From: Flavobacteriia bacterium
GTDB lineage: Bacteria > Bacteroidota > Bacteroidia > Flavobacteriales_D > Crocinitomicaceae
Length of the DNA: 64,000 nt
Assembly: GCA_037143015.1 (NCBI GenBank)
Contig: JBAWZN010000006.1
Coordinates: 2,980-66,979, forward strand
Reading direction: 5' to 3'
Position numbers and translations under genes: made by a program. Position 1 is the stretch's first letter; the number at the start of each line of letters is the position of its first letter. The notes beneath the pieces are model-generated. The model was not told where the DNA came from. It searched no databases and saw only the letters and a program-made list of their open reading frames with translations. Below, in pieces: positions 56,926 to 64,000 of this stretch.

Positions 56926-58467
56926 TTATAAGGTGCTTAAAACACTTTTCCAGCTCGCTTTTTCGGCTAAAAGTCCTTCGATTTCTGAAATTCCAATGCG
57001 AATTTGTTCCATGGTATCACGATCACGAACGGTGACCATATCATCCGTCAAGGTCTGATGGTCAATGGTAATGGAGAATGGCGTTCCGATGGCATCTTGT
57101 CTGCGGTAACGTTTTCCAATGGAATCTTTTTCATCATATTGGATGGAATAGTCAAACAGAAGTTGCTTCATGATTTCACGTGCTTTTTCTGGAAGTCCAT
57201 CTTTTTTCACCAATGGCAAGACTGCGGCTTTGTATGGTGCGAGAACTGCTGGAATACGCAACACAACGCGTTCTGATCCATCTTCTAATTTCTCATTTTG
57301 ATAAGCTGCACTCAGAACAGACAAGAACATGCGGTCGAGTCCAACGGAGGTTTCCACCACGTATGGAACGTAGCTTTGATTTAATTCTGGATCAAAGAAC
57401 TGTAGTTTTTTGCCTGAAAACTGCTCATGTTGTTTTAAGTCGAAGTCGGTGCGGGAGTGAATACCTTCCAATTCCTTGAATCCCATTGGGAAATTGTATT
57501 CGATATCACATGCTGCATTTGCATAATGTGCCAATTTGATGTGATCGTGAAAGCGGTAAAGTTTTGCTCCAAGTCCAAGGTTTTTATGCCATTTTTCTCG
57601 TGCGTCTTTCCAATAGGCATACCATTTCATCTCTTCTCCAGGACGAACAAAGAATTGCATTTCCATTTGTTCAAATTCACGCATACGGAAAATGAATTGA
57701 CGCGCAACGATTTCGTTTCGGAATGCTTTCCCAATCTGTGCAATGCCAAATGGGATTTTCATTCTTCCTGATTTTTGAACGTTCAAGAAGTTGACAAATA
57801 TTCCTTGTGCCGTTTCTGGACGAAGGTAAATGGTTGATGCATCTCCTGCAACGGAACCAAGTTCTGTGGAGAACATTAAATTGAACTGACGGACATCTGT
57901 CCAGTTTTTGGAACCGGAAACGGGACAAACGATTTCTAGATCGACAATTAAGTTTCGAACGGCCTCTAAATCGTTGTTTTCCAATGCTTCGCGCATACGG
58001 TCTTCAATGGAAGTGATTTTCTCGGCGTTTCGAAGGACATTTGGATTCGTCGCACGGAATTGCGTTTCATCAAAGTCAGCACCAAAGCGGTTTTTTCCTT
58101 TTTCAACTTCCTTTTCTATTTTTTGACGAATTTTCTCCATGTGCTCTTCGAGCAACACATCCGCACGGTATCTTTTTTTGGAATCTTTGTTATCAATCAA
58201 GGGATCATTAAAAGCATCTACGTGTCCGGATGCTTTCCAAGTCGTTGGATGCATAAAGATGGATGCATCAATTCCTACAATGTTTTCGTGCATTTGAACC
58301 ATTGCCTTCCACCAGTACGTTTTGATGTTGTTTTTCAACTCTGAACCTAATTGTCCGTAGTCGTATGTGGCAGCTAGTCCGTCGTAAATTTCCGATGAAG
58401 GAAAAATAAATCCGTATTCTTTTGAATGCGAAATAATGTCCTTTAGTTTGTCTTGATTTTGATCCAT
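56926..58467 (-). CDS. glyQS: Glycine--tRNA ligase (homodimeric class II type)
   Basis: 513 aa; YGFIFPSSEIYDG start, class II motifs (FRNE, GIAQIGKAFRNE, VVETSVGLDR), C-terminal anticodon-binding domain. Confidence 0.95.
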   Translation of the reverse strand: MDQNQDKLKDIISHSKEYGFIFPSSEIYDGLAATYDYGQLGSELKNNIKTYWWKAMVQMHENIVGIDASIFMHPTTWKASGHVDAFNDPLIDNKDSKKRYRADVLLEEHMEKIRQKIEKEVEKGKNRFGADFDETQFRATNPNVLRNAEKITSIEDRMREALENNDLEAVRNLIVDLEIVCPVSGSKNWTDVRQFNLMFSTELGSVAGDASTIYLRPETAQGIFVNFLNVQKSGRMKIPFGIAQIGKAFRNEIVARQFIFRMREFEQMEMQFFVRPGEEMKWYAYWKDAREKWHKNLGLGAKLYRFHDHIKLAHYANAACDIEYNFPMGFKELEGIHSRTDFDLKQHEQFSGKKLQFFDPELNQSYVPYVVETSVGLDRMFLSVLSAAYQNEKLEDGSERVVLRIPAVLAPYKAAVLPLVKKDGLPEKAREIMKQLLFDYSIQYDEKDSIGKRYRRQDAIGTPFSITIDHQTLTDDMVTVRDRDTMEQIRIGISEIEGLLAEKASWKSVLSTL

Positions 58468-58567
58468 GTCACAAAGTTAGCCCTTCTAAAGATTTGAGCG
58501 CCAAAATCTGAAAACAATTTCAACAAGTCATTTTTGAAAGATTGTCGCGATTGTTTACTTTTACTCC

Positions 58568-59308
58568 ATGCGTTTATACCTTTCTAAATCCGAATTTATC
58601 GAAACGAGTGAAGCAATTGATTTATCAATGTCACTTCAAGCCTCAACAGAAAACGTCAGAGCTTGGTATGTTGATCCGCCTCGAATGGAGACAGTTCGAG
58701 CAAATGGATTCATCGGAAGTATCAAAGAAGGTGGAAGTGTGAATTTTCGTGATGTATTTTTCAATCCACACGGACACGGGACACATACGGAATGTTGTGG
58801 ACACATTACGCAGGAAGTGTACGCGGTAAATGATGTTTTAAAGGAGTTTTTCTATCGGGCAACATTGATAACGGTAGATCCTGTTCAACTTGAAAATGGT
58901 GATTTTGTTGTTCAAGCGGCTCAAATCGCCCCATTTTTAAATAAGGACTTCAGTGAAGCGCTGCTCATTCGAACCTTGCCGAATAGTACAGATAAAAAAT
59001 CAATGAATTATTCTGGAACCAATCCGTGTTATTTGGACATTGAAATAGTGGACTTATTAAACGATTTTGGAGTAAAACATCTGTTGGTTGACCAACCATC
59101 TGTTGACCGCGAAGAGGATGGAGGGGCCTTGGCATTTCATCACGCATTTTGGAATGTGCCAGAAAAACCAAATTTTGAACGCACGATTACTGAATTAATC
59201 TATGTGCCGAATGACGTGGCTGATGGAAACTATATTCTTGAAATTCAACTTGCCGCATTTCACAACGATGCGAGTCCGAGTAGACCTGTTCTCTACAAAA
59301 TACAATAA
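58568..59308 (+). CDS. Putative cyclase / kynurenine (aryl)formamidase-family protein
   Basis: 246 aa. PHGHGTHTECCGH resembles the HxGTHxDxPxH metal motif of the cyclase family. No signal peptide. Confidence 0.7.
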   Translation: MRLYLSKSEFIETSEAIDLSMSLQASTENVRAWYVDPPRMETVRANGFIGSIKEGGSVNFRDVFFNPHGHGTHTECCGHITQEVYAVNDVLKEFFYRATLITVDPVQLENGDFVVQAAQIAPFLNKDFSEALLIRTLPNSTDKKSMNYSGTNPCYLDIEIVDLLNDFGVKHLLVDQPSVDREEDGGALAFHHAFWNVPEKPNFERTITELIYVPNDVADGNYILEIQLAAFHNDASPSRPVLYKIQ

Positions 59309-59310
59309 AA

Positions 59311-59328
59311 AAGGGCTTTTCAGCCCTT
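59311..59328. terminator. Hairpin after the cyclase gene (T-run only on the minus-strand side)
   Basis: AAGGGCT-TTTC-AGCCCTT. It is preceded by A5 on the plus strand (T5 after the hairpin when read on the minus strand). No T-run follows it on the plus strand. Confidence 0.5.
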
Positions 59329-59652
59329 CCTAGTAGTAGACAATAAAGTCTGAGTGGTACGATTTAAGCAATAAGGACAGGAGTTTCTTATATATATTCC
59401 CGAGGGACGTCGACAAAAACTATTAAACTCTTATCAAACTAGAAAATGAAACTGCCTCTCCAAGCAGCCTGTCAACTTCTATACATAAGAAAGATCCTGT
59501 TTCTCTCCTTATTTCATTTTAAAAATAACGAGGAAGTTTGGAACATGTATGTTCAAATGAATATCCTTCACCTCTAAATGAACATTGTGCCACTTTTTGT
59601 GAATATTTCAATTTGATCTTTAGAGAAATCGAAAGCAATTGTTTAACTGACA

Positions 59653-59682
59653 CAAAAAAAGACACATGATAGATGTGTCTTT
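59653..59682 (-). terminator. Intrinsic terminator after the YHYH gene
   Basis: AAAGACACAT-GATAG-ATGTGTCTTT (10-bp stem) followed on the minus strand by T5. Confidence 0.65.
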
Positions 59683-59704
59683 CTTAACTTTTATAAGTAG
59701 TTCT

Positions 59705-61063
59705 TTATGGAATAACAATTTTTTTCGATCCATTTTGTCCATTCACTTTGACGTAATAAATGCCTTTATATAAGGTATCTACATGGAAGTAAGCAATCGT
59801 ACTTCCTTGAACAATTTGTTGTGATTGGATGCGTTTTCCCAATGCGTCGTACAATTCAACGGTAAATGATTGATTTACCAACTCATTTACTTGAACCATG
59901 ATGATGTCATTACTTGGGTTTGGATACACTGTCCAGTCATTTTCTGATAATTCAGTGATTCCAGCAGATGACGTATAGTTTGTGACAGTCTCAGTGATAG
60001 AAGTCACTTTGGATGCTGTACGCACGCCATAAAACGTCGGGCCTACTACATAGGGATAAGCAGAATTCCATTCGCTATCTACTGTCGCAAAATAGCAATA
60101 GATTCCATTCGGATACTCTGGAGTCACGCAAACGCGTCCATTATGACTATCTAAATAATCTGCTTGTCCATTATGACTCACAAATTCATAATCTTCGCGG
60201 AAGTAACCTAACGGATAGGTTGTACTTACCACCGGACCATCCGGAACATCTGTTCCATCCGCCCAAACCGTGCGTGTGCTAATGTTACGTAACTGGTAAC
60301 CTGATTTTATACGCGTAATCCCACCTGTTCCATCGGCATTTTTATACCCATATGCTCCATAAATGGGAAATCCGTCATAGGCATATCCAATGATAGGCGA
60401 ATGTACCGTCGAGTCGATGACGTAAAGTCCATCGGCATCGTATAAGTCACACACATTTGAAATAACGGTTAAATCCAATTTAAACGCACTTGGATTTTGG
60501 TGGTGGTGGTAGTTACCCATTGCTGGATGTCCTTTGGAACAATCAAATCCTGCTTTTTCTGCAGGAATAGCATCACGGTTCCAAGACATGGCAGCCGTTG
60601 GTCCCCCAGGACACGGTGGATTTCCGGGTCCGCCGCAAAGCGCATTTGTAGTCGTATTCCATGCAACACCATCGCGGTAGTCAAATAAGGCTACTCCGTT
60701 TAAGAATATCCCAATGTTTCCACCTGATGTTGCTGTTGCCGTTCCGGTGTTTTGAGCTGGAATCAATGGCATTTTGAAAATCGCATTTTGACTCGTCGCC
60801 AAGGATGGATTACCATCCATAAATGGACCAGTGATATAGGATGGAACGCCTGTTGTGGAAACGTAAACCCAATTGTTTGAGTACTGAACCGTTTGAACAT
60901 TGGCTAACGTAGTTTCGTTGATTGGTGTTGAATTCCCTTGGACATAATGTCTTCCGGTAATACCTGTGGAGTTGATTAACCAATGTTCAATGGCTGGATT
61001 TAACTGTGCCATCGCTTGATTTCCAAAGCAAAGGAAAAGGATAAAGTGGATTGTTTTTTTCAT
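59705..61063 (-). CDS. YHYH-domain protein with T9SS C-terminal sorting domain
   Basis: 452 aa with a signal peptide. GHPAMGNYHHHQNPS (YHYH-type motif). C-terminal WTVYPNPSNDIIMVQV...GIYYVKVNGQNGSKKIVIP is a type-A CTD. Confidence 0.7.
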   Translation of the reverse strand: MKKTIHFILFLCFGNQAMAQLNPAIEHWLINSTGITGRHYVQGNSTPINETTLANVQTVQYSNNWVYVSTTGVPSYITGPFMDGNPSLATSQNAIFKMPLIPAQNTGTATATSGGNIGIFLNGVALFDYRDGVAWNTTTNALCGGPGNPPCPGGPTAAMSWNRDAIPAEKAGFDCSKGHPAMGNYHHHQNPSAFKLDLTVISNVCDLYDADGLYVIDSTVHSPIIGYAYDGFPIYGAYGYKNADGTGGITRIKSGYQLRNISTRTVWADGTDVPDGPVVSTTYPLGYFREDYEFVSHNGQADYLDSHNGRVCVTPEYPNGIYCYFATVDSEWNSAYPYVVGPTFYGVRTASKVTSITETVTNYTSSAGITELSENDWTVYPNPSNDIIMVQVNELVNQSFTVELYDALGKRIQSQQIVQGSTIAYFHVDTLYKGIYYVKVNGQNGSKKIVIP

Positions 61064-61084
61064 GGATCTTTTTAGGTTTAGACG

Positions 61085-62128
61085 TTAGTTCTTTTCAAAA
61101 CTTGCACTTCGCTCATTTTTAGGGTACTTGAAAAGGGGGTTAAATAGAAATGTTGGGTCACTCAGCGTTTTTAAAAAGGCGACTAGGTCTTTTTGTTCGC
61201 GGTCAGTCAATGGTCGATTTAAGGCGTTCAATTCTTTGCTTTTCAGGTTCACTGTAGCATGTAATTGGCTATAATGTGCAAGGACATCCTTTAAAAGTTT
61301 AAATCGGCCATCGTGCATATAAGGAAAACTAAATTCAATGTTTCGAAGGGTTGGAATTTTGAAAAGCAGTGAATCTTCATGACGATTGGTAATTCCCATG
61401 CGTCCATAGTCGGCTAACTTAGGATTCACCGAAAGTCCATTTGACTTGAATTCATGTCGTGTGAAAAGCGGTTCTTGGTGACAGGAAGCACAGTATTTTT
61501 CAAACAAGGCATAGCCTGCTTTTTCTTGTTCGTTGAAGACGGCTTCATGGGTTTTGACCTGATCGTATTTGGATTCCGCGGAAACAAGTCCGATGGTGAA
61601 ATTCGAAAGAGCCTTTAAAAGGAGGTCCGTGGTGATGATGCTATCCCCAAAAGCATGGTAAAAGCGTTTGCGGTAATAGGTAGAAGCGTTCAGTCGACTT
61701 AAAATTTCCTTTAGGGAATTATCCATTTCCTTGGCATGGGTGAGCGGATTGATGGCTTGCTTGTTTAATTGTCCGACACCACCATCCCAATGAAAGGATT
61801 TTTGCCACGCTAAATTGATCAGAACAGGTGAATTTCGTGTGCCAATTTCCCCATCGATTCCATGACTTAATGCGTGATCAATGTGGGTGAAGCCTGAATA
61901 CTGCAAATGGCAACTCGCACAGGAAATGGTGCTGTCTCGGGAGAGGTCAGGATCATAAAACAAGGTACGACCTAATTCAAATTTGTTTAAACTAATGGGA
62001 TTCGCTTCAAAGTCGTAAACGGGTTTCGGCCAGTGTTTAGGGTGGAAAAATGGGTGTCCGTTGTGCGTTGCACTGAAAATAAGCGCAACGAAAAGCAGCA
62101 ATCCGGATATGCGCAGCATGGACTTCAT
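61085..62128 (-). CDS. Di-haem cytochrome c peroxidase / MauG-family enzyme (MbnH-like)
   Basis: 347 aa with a signal peptide and two CxxCH motifs (CASCHLQ; CASCHQE). PTLRNIEFSFPYMHDG is typical of the CCP/MauG family. Confidence 0.8.
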   Translation of the reverse strand: MKSMLRISGLLLFVALIFSATHNGHPFFHPKHWPKPVYDFEANPISLNKFELGRTLFYDPDLSRDSTISCASCHLQYSGFTHIDHALSHGIDGEIGTRNSPVLINLAWQKSFHWDGGVGQLNKQAINPLTHAKEMDNSLKEILSRLNASTYYRKRFYHAFGDSIITTDLLLKALSNFTIGLVSAESKYDQVKTHEAVFNEQEKAGYALFEKYCASCHQEPLFTRHEFKSNGLSVNPKLADYGRMGITNRHEDSLLFKIPTLRNIEFSFPYMHDGRFKLLKDVLAHYSQLHATVNLKSKELNALNRPLTDREQKDLVAFLKTLSDPTFLFNPLFKYPKNERSASFEKN

Positions 62129-62775
62129 TTCGTGAAGAAATTACGTGCGATGAATTGACAATAGCTTTTCGCGAGTGGACTAGGAATCATGATGCGCTGG
62201 ACTTCTTCCAAATGAGCGACTTGTTCGAAGAAAGGTTTTATATCTAAAACGACTGTGTCTCCTTGAATTACTAGGGACATAGGAATCCTCGTTTCATGTG
62301 GTTTTCGGTATCCCCCCAAGTGAAATTCAAAGCTTTCATCCTCCAAAGGAATACGCGTGGATTTTCCGGTGCACTTGAATTGAATGTAACCGGAATTCCA
62401 TGCCCAGTACATTCCTTTTAGTGGATCCAAGTCGCCTTCAACGGATTCAGAAACGTGATAAGAACTATCCATGCCAAATTGAAAGGACATTGTTTCGTAT
62501 TCTTTGATGGGAAAATCAGTAAATAACGTTAAGGATTGTTCATTTGCCAAATCGATGAGGTGGGTTCCAAGTATATGATGTTGTCGGATTTGCTTTTGAA
62601 AGTGAAAATCGGACACATACATTTTCAATTCATCGAAGCGAATGGTATCTGTCCCTAGTTTGTACGCTTTTTCGAGTTGAAGGGCATCAGAACCCCACTG
62701 AAATTGCACATGTAATTGTCCATGAGCATGTTGGGCAAGAAAAAGAATGAGAAAAGTAAATTTCGCTCGTTTCAT
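62125..62775 (-). CDS. MbnP-family protein
   Basis: 216 aa with a signal peptide. LKMYVSDFHF and GMYWAWNSGYIQFKCTGK resemble conserved MbnP blocks. It has a 4-bp overlap with the MbnH-like gene, the canonical pairing. Confidence 0.6.
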   Translation of the reverse strand: MKRAKFTFLILFLAQHAHGQLHVQFQWGSDALQLEKAYKLGTDTIRFDELKMYVSDFHFQKQIRQHHILGTHLIDLANEQSLTLFTDFPIKEYETMSFQFGMDSSYHVSESVEGDLDPLKGMYWAWNSGYIQFKCTGKSTRIPLEDESFEFHLGGYRKPHETRIPMSLVIQGDTVVLDIKPFFEQVAHLEEVQRIMIPSPLAKSYCQFIARNFFTK

Positions 62776-63212
62776 GGTCTTGGACCCCGACCCGGTCGGT
62801 CGCTTTGTTCAATCATGCGGTGGACCACCTCTGCCAGTTTCTTTGCTTGTTGCGCATTGCAATGAGCTTTTACTCGAGTAAAGTGCTCGAAAGTACAGGC
62901 ATCAATTTTGGTTTGCAGCGCACCAATTTTTTGATAAAGCGCTTTGTTTTGAACCCCAGCATTTTTATCCAACTTGATTTGCGAGCGAAGTGTTTTTTGC
63001 TCCTCCAATAAGTCTCCTTTTTCAGCGAAATGTTGTTTAAACTCTGCATCAACCCATTCAGCTTCCTTTCCCTTCATTTTCAGAACGACACTTAACTTAG
63101 GTGGGTGGGGTGGATGTCCAGCATTTCTGCCTTTCATGAACTGCACCAAAATAATGGCATTCATGACAATTAGAATACCTAATAGAACATACAAAAGTCG
63201 GTTAGTTTTCAT
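62772..63212 (-). CDS. Spy/CpxP-like (periplasmic heavy-metal-sensor type) helical protein with N-terminal anchor
   Basis: 146 aa with one TM helix, a GHPPHPP His/Pro patch, and then a helical Lys/Gln-rich region. This is the usual third gene of Bacteroidota ECF triads. Confidence 0.45.
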   Translation of the reverse strand: MKTNRLLYVLLGILIVMNAIILVQFMKGRNAGHPPHPPKLSVVLKMKGKEAEWVDAEFKQHFAEKGDLLEEQKTLRSQIKLDKNAGVQNKALYQKIGALQTKIDACTFEHFTRVKAHCNAQQAKKLAEVVHRMIEQSDRPGRGPRP

Positions 63213-63218
63213 CGTTTG

Positions 63219-63461
63219 TTATATGGAAAGATTAAAGCCAAAATTAGCATATTGTGTTTCAAGTAGTTCTTCCTCCGTTAATTTTTCTTGTCGAACACTT
63301 AAATAGCTGAGGTTCACCACTACACATACGATGGTTGCAACAGCGAAGATTGTATTTCTTCTCTTCAATTTTTTCGCATGCATAGGTGCTTGTATGAGTT
63401 TGTCATGCAGCGTGTTTGAAACCTCTAGTTTTTGCTTGTGAAATGGATGTTCGTTCATCAT
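63219..63461 (-). CDS. Small single-TM protein (candidate anti-sigma factor)
   Basis: 80 aa with a central TM helix IFAVATIVCVVVNLSYL, positioned directly downstream of the ECF sigma gene. Confidence 0.35.
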   Translation of the reverse strand: MMNEHPFHKQKLEVSNTLHDKLIQAPMHAKKLKRRNTIFAVATIVCVVVNLSYLSVRQEKLTEEELLETQYANFGFNLSI

Positions 63462-63497
63462 ATTGTTTTAGATGTTATCATATTGAAAATCTTGCAG

Positions 63498-64000
63498 TTA
63501 AATCCAATTATTTTTCACGGACTCTTCTAATTGTCGTTTTAATTGTTGTTTTGCCCTGAAAATCAGTGATTCTATGGCGGATAAAGAAAGGTTCATTGAT
63601 TCGCTTATTTCTTTATAGCTGAACTCTTCCATGTGATGTAAGGTATAGGCAATGCGTTGATTTTCTGGCAAATGTTGTACGGCAGTCAAAAATGCCTTTG
63701 TTCGTTCTTTTTCCATCAATACTTGCGCTGGATTTTTTTCTAAATCTATTGTATGATCCATAAAATCCGTATCGATTCGTTGGTGAATGCCGAATCTTTT
63801 TTTTCGCTTCGCTTTTCGAATGTATTCCAAGCATTTGTTCAAGGTGATGCGATGTATCCATGTCGATAATTTCGCGTCCCCTTTGAATTTATGGATGGAC
63901 TGATAAATGGTGATAAAGACGTCTTGCGTGGCATCCTCAGCTTCTTCTTTGTTTTGTAGAATGTACCAACACATATTTAATACCTTTTTCTCATAGGTAA
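63498..64000 (-). CDS. ECF-type RNA polymerase sigma-70 factor (5' end outside window)
   Basis: Region 2 (EDATQDVFITIYQSIHKFKGDAKLSTWIHRITLN) and region 4 (ENQRIAYTLHHMEEFSYKEISESMNLSLSAIESLIFRAKQQL). The frame stays open upstream of the ATG at 63974 (...TYEKKVLN) to the window edge. Confidence 0.85.
   Translation of the reverse strand, partial: TYEKKVLNMCWYILQNKEEAEDATQDVFITIYQSIHKFKGDAKLSTWIHRITLNKCLEYIRKAKRKKRFGIHQRIDTDFMDHTIDLEKNPAQVLMEKERTKAFLTAVQHLPENQRIAYTLHHMEEFSYKEISESMNLSLSAIESLIFRAKQQLKRQLEESVKNNWI

Noticed and set aside
59446-59577. 43-codon ORF in the cyclase/YHYH spacer
   Set aside because: It has no ribosome-binding or promoter context I could recognise, and its hydrophobic, low-information sequence is inconclusive. 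It is kept only as a note within the spacer finding.
1-64000. CRISPR arrays, transposases, integrases, prophage or classical defence genes (restriction-modification, helicase-nuclease, toxin-antitoxin)
   Set aside because: Scanning ORF products and intergenic regions found no regularly spaced short repeats. No product has recombinase, methyltransferase, nuclease-helicase or reverse-transcriptase motifs.

Overview
AT-rich chromosomal segment that reads like a Bacteroidota (Flavobacteriia-type) genome. Evidence: three proteins end in T9SS type-A C-terminal sorting domains, a PorP/SprF plus PorE-like pair is present, and TAnnTTTG -7 boxes sit upstream of several genes. I support about 55 CDS and one tRNA-Cys. 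I saw no rRNA, CRISPR array, transposase, integrase or recognisable defence genes. Housekeeping genes: pyk, recJ, ribE, xseA, rnhB, glyQS, ppiD-like, 5-formyl-THF cyclo-ligase. Other blocks: a divergent paaABCD / paaE-paaE'-SDR oxygenase island; PadR-PspC; an ExbB-ExbD-ExbD-TonB-PBP-TPR block; and a TonB-dependent receptor, T9SS surface protein and two-component block. Best candidates for something undescribed: (1) a tightly coupled six-gene operon of ECF sigma, small membrane protein, Spy/CpxP-like, MbnP-like, MbnH-like di-haem peroxidase and a T9SS-exported YHYH protein (59705-64000, runs off the window); (2) a 1984-aa protein with an N-terminal outer-membrane-barrel-like region, 17 tandem two-Cys Ig-like repeats of about 92 aa and a Pro/Thr/Lys tail but no T9SS signal (49977-55931); (3) a CxxCH / PHM-DBH-type copper monooxygenase / T9SS-CTD fusion (29117-30670); (4) a 138-bp diverged duplication of a gene 3' end plus terminator that brackets a small lipoprotein cassette (21908-22887). 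All family assignments come from motif recognition by eye. No searches were run, and percentages are hand counts.
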